Shown: positions 29,283 through 38,948 of the stretch, in pieces | How positions within the stretch are numbered: position 1 is the stretch's first letter | How the letters are laid out: each line of letters starts with the position of its first letter | From: Myxococcota bacterium | GTDB taxonomy: Bacteria > Myxococcota_A > Polyangia > Nannocystales > Nannocystaceae | NCBI GenBank assembly: GCA_039028615.1 | Contig: JBCCHT010000001.1 | Coordinates: 384,001 to 448,000, forward strand | Length of the DNA stretch: 64,000 nt | Direction: 5' to 3' | The notes under the pieces: generated by a model | What the model was told of the DNA's origin: nothing | Seen by the model: only the letters and a program-made list of their open reading frames with translations | Database searches by the model: none | Translations under genes and position numbers: made by a program

Positions 29283-30491
29283 ATGAAAACAGAGATTCGA
29301 ATTGTACTAGCCAGCGGCTTGCTGCTGGCCGCATGTGGTGACGACGCAGCGAGTGACGACGGGAGCGAGGACACGGGGGCCACCACGGCCTCGACCCCTG
29401 CGACCGGAGACGACACGGACACCCCCGCGACCACGGATACACAGGACACGACGGGCGGAGAGGAAACCGCCGCGGACACGACCAGCGGCAACGACGACGA
29501 CACGGATTCGGAGTCCGAGTCCGACTCCGATACCGACACTGCAGAGGTCTGCGCAGAGGCCCTGGGCCTGTTTGCGGACGACACCTGCGAGACGCTGGCC
29601 GACGGCATCGTCCCCTTCGCCCCCCAGTACATCCTGTGGAGCGATGGCCTGGCCAAGGAGCGCTTCGTGTACCTGCCTCCGGACTCGACCATCGACGTCA
29701 GCGATGCAGACGTCTGGGACTTCCCCGTGGGCACCATCTTCTGGAAGCACTTCATCTCGCAAGAGGGCGTGTTCCTCGAGACCCGGCGCTTCGAGAAGAC
29801 CATCGACACCCGGGGCCCCGACGGCTGGACCTTCGCGACCTATGTGTGGAACGAGGAAGGCGACGACGTCGAGGCGGTGGTCAACGGGGCGGAGAACGTG
29901 CTCGGCTCGGATCACGACATCCCCTCGGTCGCCGACTGCACCCAGTGCCACAGCGGTGGCGCCAGCGGCATGACCATGGGCCCGGGACCCATGCAGGACG
30001 AGCTGACCGACGTCCCGCTGGGCTTCAGCGCGATCCAGCTCAACCACGACGGCAGCGACACCACGCTGAGCAGCCTCGACGCCGATGGCTGGCTCGACGG
30101 CACCGTGTCGACGACCGACGCCGTGATGCCCGGCGATGCCACGGCCACCGAGGCGCTCGGCTACCTGCACGCCAACTGTGGTCACTGCCACGGCGGGTCC
30201 TCGCCCGCGGGCGGCATGACGCTGTGGGTCGACGTCGGCACCGCGACCGTCGAGGAGAGCACGACCTACCAGAACACGGTCGACGTCCCCACCGGCGAAG
30301 CGCCGGGCATGGGGCTCGAGGACCTGCCCGACCTGCGGATCGCCCCGGGAGACCCGGAGAACAGCGCCCTGCCCTGGCGCATGAGCCGACGGACCATGGA
30401 CGATGCGCCCATGCCCCCGCTCGCCACCGAGGTGGTCGACGACGACGGCGTGGACGCGGTCGAGGCCTGGATTACTTCGCTGGGGGGCTAG
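29283..30491 (+). CDS. Diheme c-type cytochrome lipoprotein (SO2930-like)
   Basis: LAAC lipobox; LWSDGLAKER, FPVGT, CTQCH, YLHANCGHCH and MPPL. Confidence 0.8.
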   Translation: MKTEIRIVLASGLLLAACGDDAASDDGSEDTGATTASTPATGDDTDTPATTDTQDTTGGEETAADTTSGNDDDTDSESESDSDTDTAEVCAEALGLFADDTCETLADGIVPFAPQYILWSDGLAKERFVYLPPDSTIDVSDADVWDFPVGTIFWKHFISQEGVFLETRRFEKTIDTRGPDGWTFATYVWNEEGDDVEAVVNGAENVLGSDHDIPSVADCTQCHSGGASGMTMGPGPMQDELTDVPLGFSAIQLNHDGSDTTLSSLDADGWLDGTVSTTDAVMPGDATATEALGYLHANCGHCHGGSSPAGGMTLWVDVGTATVEESTTYQNTVDVPTGEAPGMGLEDLPDLRIAPGDPENSALPWRMSRRTMDDAPMPPLATEVVDDDGVDAVEAWITSLGG

Positions 30492-31539
30492 GCGAAGGCT
30501 CGACCGGACGTGGCCCTTGCAGAGCGAGGGCTGCGGCCGAGGTCGTCGCCCGTACCACGCGGGTGGCGAACTCGGTGTCGAGGCTCTCGATCGAGTCGCG
30601 GCCGCCGTAGCAGTGGTAACGATCGGAGCGAAAGTCCGCGGTGTCGGTGATCATGATCGCGGGATAGCCCTGGTCCCAAAACGGCGCGTGGTCGGAACGC
30701 TGCAGGTCGACCGCGACGTGGGACACCTGCACCAGCCTGGGGATCGCCAGCACGGCGTGCGGCAGGCCCTCGCGCTCGGCCGCCGCCGCCATCTCGCGCG
30801 CCCAGGGCTCCGACGCCGCGTCGGCCACGATGGCGATGAAGTCGGCCCGGAACTCCCGCTCGCGCAGTCGAGCGACCTCGGCGGGAAAGATGAGCGAGAA
30901 GCCGTCGGGGATCTCTTGCGTGCCCGGGCGCGGATCGACAAAGCCGATCGCGTCGAAGTTGAAGTAGACCGCGATGTCCAGCTCGCGCTCGCGGGCGCGG
31001 ACGGCCCATGCCCGCGAACCGATGAGGCCGCGTTCTTCTTCATCCCAACACCCGACCATCAACGAGCGGGGATGGTCGGCCGCCGACAGCACCCGCGCCA
31101 CCTCGAGGGCTCCGGCCACGCCCGTCGCGTTGTCGTCGGCCCCCGCACAGCCGGGGATGTGATCGTAGTGCGCCCCCACCATGACGTACTGGTCGGGCCA
31201 CTGCGTACCGAGACGAGTCCCCACCACGTTGACCCCCGTCTCGTAGACGTGGCGCTCGACCTCGAAGCCGAGCTCGGTGAGGCGGGTGTCGCAGAGGTTC
31301 TGGACCGCTTGCCACCGAGAAGAACCGGGCGGGCGCGGACCGGTGACCCGCACCAGATCGGCATCGAAGCGCTCGCGCTCCACACAGCCAGCGAGCACGG
31401 TGGGGTCGACGCTCTGGCATTCGTCCGACACCGCGGGCGGCCCCTGGGGCTCCACCACCGGGCTACCGCTGCCCGGGGGCGCACAGGCGATGGACAGCGC
31501 TACGAGACAACCGAGACCGCCCAGTCGATGACCCTGCAC
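30472..31539 (-). CDS. M28 family metallopeptidase (lipoprotein)
   Basis: Motifs GAHYDH, GADDNATG, EERGLIGS, NFDAIG, RSDHAPF and YH..D. Confidence 0.9.
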   Translation of the reverse strand: MQGHRLGGLGCLVALSIACAPPGSGSPVVEPQGPPAVSDECQSVDPTVLAGCVERERFDADLVRVTGPRPPGSSRWQAVQNLCDTRLTELGFEVERHVYETGVNVVGTRLGTQWPDQYVMVGAHYDHIPGCAGADDNATGVAGALEVARVLSAADHPRSLMVGCWDEEERGLIGSRAWAVRARERELDIAVYFNFDAIGFVDPRPGTQEIPDGFSLIFPAEVARLREREFRADFIAIVADAASEPWAREMAAAAEREGLPHAVLAIPRLVQVSHVAVDLQRSDHAPFWDQGYPAIMITDTADFRSDRYHCYGGRDSIESLDTEFATRVVRATTSAAALALQGPRPVEPSPSPPAK

Positions 31540-31590
31540 GCGTCGATGATGCCATGAACCGGGCGGCCCAGACCTGCTACCGTCGACCCG

Positions 31591-32463
31591 GTGGACGCCG
31601 AGCGCGAGTGGATCGCCGGGTACACCGAAGGACGTCCGGAGCTGGAGCCCGCGAGCAACCCCGACGGTGAGGCCGACGTGTGGCGCGTGTGCGTCGGTGG
31701 GCGGCCCGTCGCGTTCTTCAAGCGGCACCGAAGCTCGGACAAGTGGCATCGCGAGCGGTGGATGTTGCGACGACTCGCCGATCTGGACACTGCCGTCGCC
31801 ATCCCGACGGTGCTGGCCGATCGAGAGGCACCGCGCTGGCTGCTGCTGAGCGCTTTGCCGGGGGTCGTCGCGAGCACCGCGACCTTCGACCTCGACCAAC
31901 GACGGGCGCTGCACGAGGCGGCGGGTCGCTTCCGCCGTGACCTCGATCGACTGCCGATGGGTGAGCCCGATCCCCTGCCGCTGCCCGAAGCGCTGACCCG
32001 CCGATACCGATCATGGTCGAAGCAGGCTCGCTCCACGCTCGAGCCCGAGCTGCTGCAATCCCTCGAGCGGGCCTTCGATCCCACGGTCTTCGACCGCGAC
32101 GCTCGACGCTGGTGCCATCGCGATCTCGCCCCTCACAACTGGGTGGTCGCCGCGAGCGCCGATGGGATTCGACTCGGGGTGATCGACTTCGGCCAAGCCC
32201 GCCCGGACGCGTGGCTGGTCGATATCGTCAAGCTGTGGAGCGACGTGTGGGTCTCCGCCCCCGATCTCTCCGCATCGTTCTGGGCCGGGTACGGCCGTCG
32301 TCCCACCGACCACGAGCAAGCCCAGTTTCGCCAGCTAGCCCTGCTCCACGGCCTGGCAACGGCCACGTGGGGCGACCGACACACCCACACCCACTTCTCG
32401 CGCCACGGCCGAGCCACCCTTCGCCGTGCTCTCGATCCGCGCCCCCGCTCGCCGTGCGGGTGA
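31591..32463 (+). CDS. Aminoglycoside phosphotransferase (APH)-family kinase
   Basis: Motifs FFKRH, CHRDLAPHN, VIDFG and FWAGYG. Confidence 0.85.
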   Translation: MDAEREWIAGYTEGRPELEPASNPDGEADVWRVCVGGRPVAFFKRHRSSDKWHRERWMLRRLADLDTAVAIPTVLADREAPRWLLLSALPGVVASTATFDLDQRRALHEAAGRFRRDLDRLPMGEPDPLPLPEALTRRYRSWSKQARSTLEPELLQSLERAFDPTVFDRDARRWCHRDLAPHNWVVAASADGIRLGVIDFGQARPDAWLVDIVKLWSDVWVSAPDLSASFWAGYGRRPTDHEQAQFRQLALLHGLATATWGDRHTHTHFSRHGRATLRRALDPRPRSPCG

Positions 32464-32475
32464 TACGATGAGTCC

Positions 32476-32991
32476 ATGATTACGTGCTCTGGTTGTTCGC
32501 GTTTCGTTCGAACCGATGCGCGCCAGTGTCCTTTCTGCGAGACGCCCCTTCGCACCATGCCGGCCCCGATCACCGCGGGTCTGGCCAGCTTGCTGCTCGG
32601 CCTGACGCTGAGCGGATGCGGAGACGACTCCTCGACGGCAGACGACGGCGCCGCCGCGAGCACGACCGACGTCTCGGCAGCCACCGCAGCCGAGACCCAA
32701 AACCCGGGCATGACCACCACGCCCAACGCGACCTCGACCACCACCAACGAGCCCGACGCCGAAGCCAGCGTCGCGGCCTACGGTGGACCCGACGTCGACA
32801 CCACGCCCAACGACACCGACGAGACGGCCGACGACGGCACCACGAGCATGAGCGACGGCGGCACCACGGGCGACAGCGGAGGCACGACCGGCGAAGGCTC
32901 GGGCGACGGGATGGCGACCGACGGGATGGCGACCGAGGGCATGGCGACCGAAGGCATGCCCACCGGCGGCGGGATGCCGACCGGCGGCTAG
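32476..32991 (+). CDS. Zn-ribbon-leader lipoprotein-like protein with an AYGGP motif; candidate splicease substrate
   Basis: CSGC..CPFC at the N-terminus, LTLSGC48 lipobox, Thr/Asp-rich body, VAAY102GGP and C-terminal (D/E)GMAT repeats. Confidence 0.75.
   Translation: MITCSGCSRFVRTDARQCPFCETPLRTMPAPITAGLASLLLGLTLSGCGDDSSTADDGAAASTTDVSAATAAETQNPGMTTTPNATSTTTNEPDAEASVAAYGGPDVDTTPNDTDETADDGTTSMSDGGTTGDSGGTTGEGSGDGMATDGMATEGMATEGMPTGGGMPTGG
32905..32988 (+). repeat. 15-bp coding tandem repeat, (D/E)GM(A/P)T, about 5 copies
   Basis: gacgggatggcgacc gacgggatggcgacc gagggcatggcgacc gaaggcatgcccacc ... Confidence 0.8.
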
Positions 32992-33003
32992 CCCCGCCGC
33001 GAC

Positions 33004-34338
33004 TCAGTCCGTAGTTTCGATCGCCCGGCCGGCCCCGAAAGGCTCGGTCCGGCGGTCGACTCGTGGTTCGTCCACTCGTACCGGTCCCTCGCTTTCGCGC
33101 CGCTGCTCGTCCTTGGGCTCGCGAATCAGCCGAAACAGGCCGTTGGCGAAGGGCACGTCGGCCGCCCCGCGCACCGGCTCGATGCGCTCCCGCAGCCCCA
33201 TGCGATCCATCTCGAGCGCACGGTGGAGGCAATAGGGGTTGTTGCCCGGGCGCCCCATCAGCGGCTCGGAGGTCGCGGTGCAGCCCGACATGCAGGTCTC
33301 CGCGTAGTAGCACTCGCGGCAGTAGCCCCACAGGTCGTCGAGCGTGCGGTGCCGGGCGTAGCCGATCTCGGGCGAGCGCTCCCACAGCGCCCGCAAGCCG
33401 TGCTCGCGCCACGAGCCCCCGAGGTTGGTCGGACCACCGAGGCTCGGGCAGCTCTTGATCTGCCCGTTGCTCTCGATGCCCAGCGTGCGCACGCCCGCCT
33501 TGCACCCGGTGAAGAAGCGCCCGCCCGTCTGATGATGACGCAGGCGCTGCTCGATCGGGCCGAAGTACCCGACGTTGTTCGCCGGCCAAAGCTTGATGCC
33601 CAGCTCCTGGCAGCGGTCGACGACCGTCTCGATCTGCTCGTAGATCCCGATGAGCATGTGGGGCTGGACCAGCAGTTCCGCGTGGTCGGCCGCGTTGCCG
33701 TGCGCCATCGTGAACTGGATCTGCCACGCGTGAATGCCTTCGGCCGCCAACAGCTCCAGCAGCGGAACGAGCTCGGTCGCCGTGCGGCGATTGATCTGGG
33801 TATTGGACGCGACTGGTAGCCCTGCCGCCCGAGCGTTGCGCAACGCCGCGAACGCCCGTTGCCAGCTCCCTTCCCGGTTCCGCACGTGATCGTGGCTCGC
33901 CTCGAGCCCGTCGATCGACACCGAGACGCCCCGCAACCCCGCCTCTTTGGCCTGCTCGCAGCGCTCGGGGGTCAGCCCCCAGCCCCCCGTGGTCATGGTG
34001 ACCGACATGCCATGTTCCCGGCATGCCCGGACCACCTGCGGAAAGTCGTCGCGCAGGTAGGCTTCGCCGCCGATCAACACCACCTCGCGCACGCCCAGCT
34101 CCGCCATCTCGTCGACCAGGCGCAGACACTCGTCGGTATCGAGCTCATCCGGCCGGGCCCGCCCCGCCCGCGGACCACAGTGCAGGCACTTGTGATCGCA
34201 CAGCAGCGTGATCTCCCAGACCGCCAGCGTGGGCCGCGGTGCCTCGCCCTTGGCCAGCGGTAGCACCCGCCGGCTTCCCGGGTTCGGCAACGAAGACACG
34301 ACGGGCAGCCGTCGCCGTAGGTCGTCCTGCCCGCTCAT
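33004..34338 (-). CDS. Radical SAM/SPASM peptide maturase, PlpX/splicease-like
   Basis: AVWEITLLCDHKCLHCG.RAG, IGGEAYLR, GCKAG..LGIESNG.IK.CPSL and LWGYCRECYYAETC..GC...GNNPYC.HRALE. Confidence 0.9.
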   Translation of the reverse strand: MSGQDDLRRRLPVVSSLPNPGSRRVLPLAKGEAPRPTLAVWEITLLCDHKCLHCGPRAGRARPDELDTDECLRLVDEMAELGVREVVLIGGEAYLRDDFPQVVRACREHGMSVTMTTGGWGLTPERCEQAKEAGLRGVSVSIDGLEASHDHVRNREGSWQRAFAALRNARAAGLPVASNTQINRRTATELVPLLELLAAEGIHAWQIQFTMAHGNAADHAELLVQPHMLIGIYEQIETVVDRCQELGIKLWPANNVGYFGPIEQRLRHHQTGGRFFTGCKAGVRTLGIESNGQIKSCPSLGGPTNLGGSWREHGLRALWERSPEIGYARHRTLDDLWGYCRECYYAETCMSGCTATSEPLMGRPGNNPYCLHRALEMDRMGLRERIEPVRGAADVPFANGLFRLIREPKDEQRRESEGPVRVDEPRVDRRTEPFGAGRAIETTD

Positions 34339-34377
34339 CCCACCGATGATAGTACGGGCGAGCCGGCGCGTGACGAG

Positions 34378-35547
34378 CTACGCCGGTTGTTCGCCGGCCA
34401 GCAGCAGATCGGCCAGCCGCGCGAGCCCGGGCAGGTCCCGAACCTCTTCATCGAGGCGAGGCGCTCGCACCCGATGGCACTCGGCGGGCAGCTCGGCCAC
34501 CACCCCGTCGACGATCCGCTGGAAGCGCTGGTTGTCGGCCGCCGCTTCTTGTCGCAGCCCTCGCATGCGCTGTGCGACGTCGAGCAGCGCGGGGCTGGCC
34601 TCGACGCCCAGGGCCTGCACCCGGGCAGACACGTCGGTATCGTCGAGCGCGGTGCGCAGATCGTGCGGCTGGTCGGGCACGACGGGGACGAAGCTCTGGT
34701 TGAACACGACGGCGTGCACGGGCACGTCGCGACGCACGAGGTCGTCGCGTAGCCAGGCGGCATCGTCGGCGCTCGAGGGGCTGGCCGAGCTCACCAACAC
34801 GAAGGCGGTGTCCTTGGCGCGCAGGATCTGCCCCACGCGCTTGGCCCGGTCGATGAAGCCTTCCCGCAGCGAGGCGAACACGGTCAGGAAGGCGACGATC
34901 TCGTCGCGCAGCGTCGACCCGGTGACCTTGCCCAGCAGGCCCATCGCCATCTGTCCGCCCTTGGCGACCAAGCGCGCGCCGAGACCGGAGGGCTTGTCCA
35001 TGGAGGGGATGAACCAGTTGGCGATGCGACCGTCGAGGAAGGCCGCGAGGTGGTCGGGCGCGTCGAGGATGTCGAGCGCATTGCGGGCGGGCGGCGTGTC
35101 GAGCACGACGAGATCGTAGCCGCCGTGTTCGATCGCGTCGTAGAGCCGCTCCATCGCGATGTAGGCGTGCGAGCGCGACAAGGAGCGCGAGACGGCCCGG
35201 TAGACGCGGTTGTCGAGGACCCGGGCCTTGGTCTGCGCGTCGGGGGAGATTCGCTCGATGAGCGCGTCGAAGCTCGCCCCGGTGTCGACCATGGCCGCCC
35301 ACAGGCTTCCCGTGCCCGCGTCGTCCCCGAGCCTCTCCATGGGCACCCGAGCGACGGCGTCGTCGAGTCCATCGAGCGCGAGGGCGTCGGCGAGGCGACG
35401 CGCGGGGTCGATGGTGAGCACGAGCGTCTTGCGACCCGACCGCGCGGCGGCCAGGCCCAGCGCGGCGGAGACGGTCGTCTTGCCCACGCCACCGGGGCCC
35501 ACGCAGACCACCAGGGAACCGGAACCCACCAGCGCTTCGAGGCTCAT
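34378..35547 (-). CDS. ArsA/Get3-like ATPase (second of pair)
   Basis: Motifs CVGPGGVGKTT, LTIDPARRLADAL and YDLVVLDTPP; 4-nt overlap with its partner. Confidence 0.9.
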   Translation of the reverse strand: MSLEALVGSGSLVVCVGPGGVGKTTVSAALGLAAARSGRKTLVLTIDPARRLADALALDGLDDAVARVPMERLGDDAGTGSLWAAMVDTGASFDALIERISPDAQTKARVLDNRVYRAVSRSLSRSHAYIAMERLYDAIEHGGYDLVVLDTPPARNALDILDAPDHLAAFLDGRIANWFIPSMDKPSGLGARLVAKGGQMAMGLLGKVTGSTLRDEIVAFLTVFASLREGFIDRAKRVGQILRAKDTAFVLVSSASPSSADDAAWLRDDLVRRDVPVHAVVFNQSFVPVVPDQPHDLRTALDDTDVSARVQALGVEASPALLDVAQRMRGLRQEAAADNQRFQRIVDGVVAELPAECHRVRAPRLDEEVRDLPGLARLADLLLAGEQPA

Positions 35548-36530
35548 CGCGACTCCTCCACGGGGCCGAGCGCCGCGCGACCCAGGGTCTGGAGTTCTTC
35601 GACCTGCATGCGCGAGGCGGTCAGGCGGGGCAGCTCGACGACGGGTGCACAGATGGCCCCGAGCCGCTCGATCTGCCGTCGGGCGTGCTGCTCGGTGCGC
35701 ACCGACTGCTGGGCGAATACGGCGTCGGCGATGAGTTCCTCGTCGCCGCTGGCCTGGGCCGCCGCATGCAGCTGCTCGATGGCATCGGTCGCGTCGAGCA
35801 GGCCGGTGCGGGGCACCCGGTTGACGAACACGCGACCGAAGGTCACCGAGCCCGCGGACTTCAGCTTCTCGTGCAGCTCGAGCGTCTCGGTGACGGGCAG
35901 CTCGTCGGGCAGGGTCACCAAGTTGAGCCGCGTGCGCTTGGGGTCGGCAAACAGGTCGGCGACGTCGTCGAGCAGGGCTCGCATCGGGCCCGCGCCCATC
36001 AGGTGGGCAACGACGTCGCGAAGCTCGAGGAACATCAGCGCGTGTCCGGTGGCATCGAGGTCGACGAGGATCGGTCCCCATCGGTACCGGCCCGAGTCAT
36101 CGCGCTCGGACGCCAGCCGTCGCAGGGTGTTGACGGTGGCGATCTCGCCCACCGCTGGCATCGCCTTGAACAGACGATCGAGCACGGGGTTGCCCACGAT
36201 CGCCCGCGCGGTGCGACGCGACGGGATGTGCTGGACCATGTAGTCGACGACCGCCTTGTCGATCTCGACGCTCATGGCATGCACCCCGTGGCCGACCGGG
36301 CGTGGCGTGAAGCCGACCTCGTCGACGCGGAAGATGCTGCGCATCGTGGCGCGGTGGCCGAGCTCGACGACCAGCGGTCGCATGCCTCGCGACGCGGCCT
36401 CGATCGCCAACGCGGCCGTCACCGTCGACTTGCCTACCCCGCCCTTGCCCGTGAACAACAACAGGCGATGGGCAAGCAGCTCCGCCTCCGTCGCGGGAGG
36501 GGGCGTGGGGCTCGCGCTCGCGACCTGCAC
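35544..36530 (-). CDS. ArsA/Get3-like ATPase (first of pair)
   Basis: Motifs FTGKGGVGKST, DLDATGH, VTLPDELPVTET and VNR. Confidence 0.9.
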   Translation of the reverse strand: MQVASASPTPPPATEAELLAHRLLLFTGKGGVGKSTVTAALAIEAASRGMRPLVVELGHRATMRSIFRVDEVGFTPRPVGHGVHAMSVEIDKAVVDYMVQHIPSRRTARAIVGNPVLDRLFKAMPAVGEIATVNTLRRLASERDDSGRYRWGPILVDLDATGHALMFLELRDVVAHLMGAGPMRALLDDVADLFADPKRTRLNLVTLPDELPVTETLELHEKLKSAGSVTFGRVFVNRVPRTGLLDATDAIEQLHAAAQASGDEELIADAVFAQQSVRTEQHARRQIERLGAICAPVVELPRLTASRMQVEELQTLGRAALGPVEESR

Positions 36531-36792
36531 TGCGGTTGCCTAGCGCACCACCCGTCGAAACACAAACGAAGCGGCGCCGTACGGCGTTCATGGGCCCCGA
36601 GACTGGTCTGACCGGTCCCTGGCGCCTCGCCGCCGGATGCCCCCCGGACTGCTGGCCGCGCCGCGCCGCCGACGGAGCCCGCCGTTGCGAACCACGACAC
36701 CGGATCCTCACGCCGTGGCGGAACGCGGCATCCGCCACGATTTCAGCCGCCGAAACGCACGACTTCGGGCGAAATCGGCTTCGGAACGATCG

Positions 36793-37803
36793 ATGCAAAC
36801 CGTGGGACCCGTGCTCCGTCCCCGCCGCTCCGCCGCCCGCCGCTCCCCCTCCTCTACGGCCGCCCTGCGTCGAGTGGTCGCAATGAGCCTGGCCACATCG
36901 CTAGCCGTGCCGCTGTCGTTGCACGGCCGCGCGGCGCAGGCTCGGGATGCCGCGCCCGAACCGGCACCCGTCAACGCCACCGCGACGGCCGAGAGCCCCG
37001 CGATGGATCCCGATCTCGCTCGGTCTCGGGCACTGTACGACGAGGGCCGCGCCAGCTTCGATACCTTCGACTACGAAGGTGCCGCGAAGCTGTGGACCAA
37101 GGCCTACGCCTCCCTACCTCCCGACGCCGACGCCATTCGCAACAAGCTCGTCTACAACATCGCGACGGCCAAGCAGAAAGCGTACGACGTCGATCACGAT
37201 CTGACCCATCTGCGCCAGGCCGTCTTGCTGCTTCAGCAGTACGCCACCAGCTACGAGGCTCTGCACGAGCCCGGGCCCCAGACGGACGCCGAGGTCGACA
37301 AGGCCAACCAGCGCGTCGAGGCGATCCAGGCCCGGATTGCGCACGCCGAGCGGGGCGAAGACGAGACTGAGCAAGAGCCGGAAACCGAGGAGCCCGTGCC
37401 TCTCGACGCGCGCTACGGCTCCGGTCAGATCGACGGCATCGTGTGGACGACGCCCACGATGGGCCCGCCCGACATGGACAAGCTGCACAAGAACCGGCGG
37501 CTGGCCAACGAGGATCGCAAGACGGACCGGATCCTCATCGGCTCCTATGCCGCACTGGGCGTGGGTGGCTTCTTCACCCTCGGTGGAGTCAGCGCGGTCG
37601 TCGGCACCCGCAATGGCGAACAACAGGCCCAACGCGCCGCCTACAGCACCTTGGGGCTGGGCCTCGTCGGCCTCGCCACCGGTTTCACCCTATTGGCGAT
37701 CGGCCTCGAACGCCGCAAGCGAGCGCGTGCGGGAACCCTGGTCGCGGCGACGCCCGTGATCGGTCGGCAACACGCTGGCGCCGCCGTCTCCATTCGGTTC
37801 TGA
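36793..37803 (+). CDS. Secreted TPR-like protein with C-terminal membrane segments (paralog 1)
   Basis: SRALYDEG..FDTFDY..A..LWTKAY..LVYNIA, C-terminal hydrophobic hairpin, ends SIRF. Start uncertain. Confidence 0.75.
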   Translation: MQTVGPVLRPRRSAARRSPSSTAALRRVVAMSLATSLAVPLSLHGRAAQARDAAPEPAPVNATATAESPAMDPDLARSRALYDEGRASFDTFDYEGAAKLWTKAYASLPPDADAIRNKLVYNIATAKQKAYDVDHDLTHLRQAVLLLQQYATSYEALHEPGPQTDAEVDKANQRVEAIQARIAHAERGEDETEQEPETEEPVPLDARYGSGQIDGIVWTTPTMGPPDMDKLHKNRRLANEDRKTDRILIGSYAALGVGGFFTLGGVSAVVGTRNGEQQAQRAAYSTLGLGLVGLATGFTLLAIGLERRKRARAGTLVAATPVIGRQHAGAAVSIRF

Positions 37804-37958
37804 ACGCGCCGCCTCGGCCGCCCGGCGAGCAACATCGTCCACCATCGTTTCCGACCACTCCGACCCACCTTCTTCCCATGCCCGCGCCTCCCGACCTTCC
37901 CTCCTCCTCCGACCCCCCTGGGAGGCGCGGGCGTACCCAATCGGGGTATCGTTGGCAC

Positions 37959-38945
37959 GTGCCCCGCACTGCCCCCACCCCGTCCGTCTCCGGTCGCGTG
38001 ATCGCAGCGGGAGTGTCGTTGCTCCTGGCCATGCCGGCGGCCCTGGCTCCCTCCACGAGCCACGCCGCACTCGAGCCCGCCCCTGCCCCGGCCCCGTCGG
38101 CAGCCGATGACGCCGCCGTGCAGGAGTCGCGCGCGCTGTATGTGGAAGGCAAGGCTCGCTTCGATACCTTCGACTACAACGGCGCCGTCGACCTGTGGAC
38201 CAAGGCGTACGCCAAGCTGCCCCCCGACGCCGCGGGCGTGCGCAACGCGATGGTCTACAACATCGCGACCGCGCAGGAGAAGGCGTACGACCTCGACAAG
38301 GACCTCCAGCACCTGCGCCAGGCGGTGCTGCTGCTCGAGAGCTACATCAAGAACTACAAGGTCCTGTACAAGCGCACCCCAGAGACGGAGGCCGAGGTCA
38401 GCAAGGCCGAGGACCGCATCGCGCTGCTCAAGGAGCGCATCGCCGCCGCCGAGCGAGGCGAGCAGACGCCTCCGCCCGTCGTCGCGCCCACCGAGACGCC
38501 CCCCCCCACCGAGCCCGCGGGTGAGTTCGGCGGCGCCGGGGTCGATGGCATCCAGTGGAACACGGGCCACAACCCGCCCGTCGATCAGGACCTGCTGGCC
38601 AAGAACCGTCGCCTCGCCGCCGAAGAAAGGAAGACCGACGCCATGCTCGTGGGCTCCTACGTCGCGCTGAGCGTGGGCGGCCTGTTCACGCTCGCGGGCG
38701 TGAGTGCAATCGTGGCCGGCAACGTCGTCGACGACACCATGCCCACCGATCCCAACGCGGGCCGAGGCGCACGCGGGGCCGGCTACGGCACCCTGGCGTT
38801 CGGTCTCGCCGGTTTGGCCACGGGCGTCACGCTCATCGTCATCGGCTTCGATCGGCGCAAGAAAGCCCGCGAAGGCACGCTGGTCGCGGGCACGCCCGTG
38901 GTGGGACCGGGCTTCGCGGGCGCCAGCATGCGCGTCCGCTTCTAG
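37959..38945 (+). CDS. Secreted TPR-like protein with C-terminal membrane segments (paralog 2)
   Basis: Same motifs as the previous gene; ends RVRF; TATCGT lies 6 nt before the GTG. Confidence 0.75.
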   Translation: MPRTAPTPSVSGRVIAAGVSLLLAMPAALAPSTSHAALEPAPAPAPSAADDAAVQESRALYVEGKARFDTFDYNGAVDLWTKAYAKLPPDAAGVRNAMVYNIATAQEKAYDLDKDLQHLRQAVLLLESYIKNYKVLYKRTPETEAEVSKAEDRIALLKERIAAAERGEQTPPPVVAPTETPPPTEPAGEFGGAGVDGIQWNTGHNPPVDQDLLAKNRRLAAEERKTDAMLVGSYVALSVGGLFTLAGVSAIVAGNVVDDTMPTDPNAGRGARGAGYGTLAFGLAGLATGVTLIVIGFDRRKKAREGTLVAGTPVVGPGFAGASMRVRF

Positions 38946-38948
38946 CGT

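Noticed and set aside
31591..32463. APH kinase as an antibiotic-resistance gene or a tailoring enzyme of the splicease locus
   Set aside because: Only generic APH-fold motifs are present and the downstream gene has its own -10 box. A link is possible but unsupported.
34378..36530. Arsenic resistance operon
   Set aside because: No arsB/acr3/arsC/arsR, and the ArsA metalloid-binding Cys pattern is not evident.
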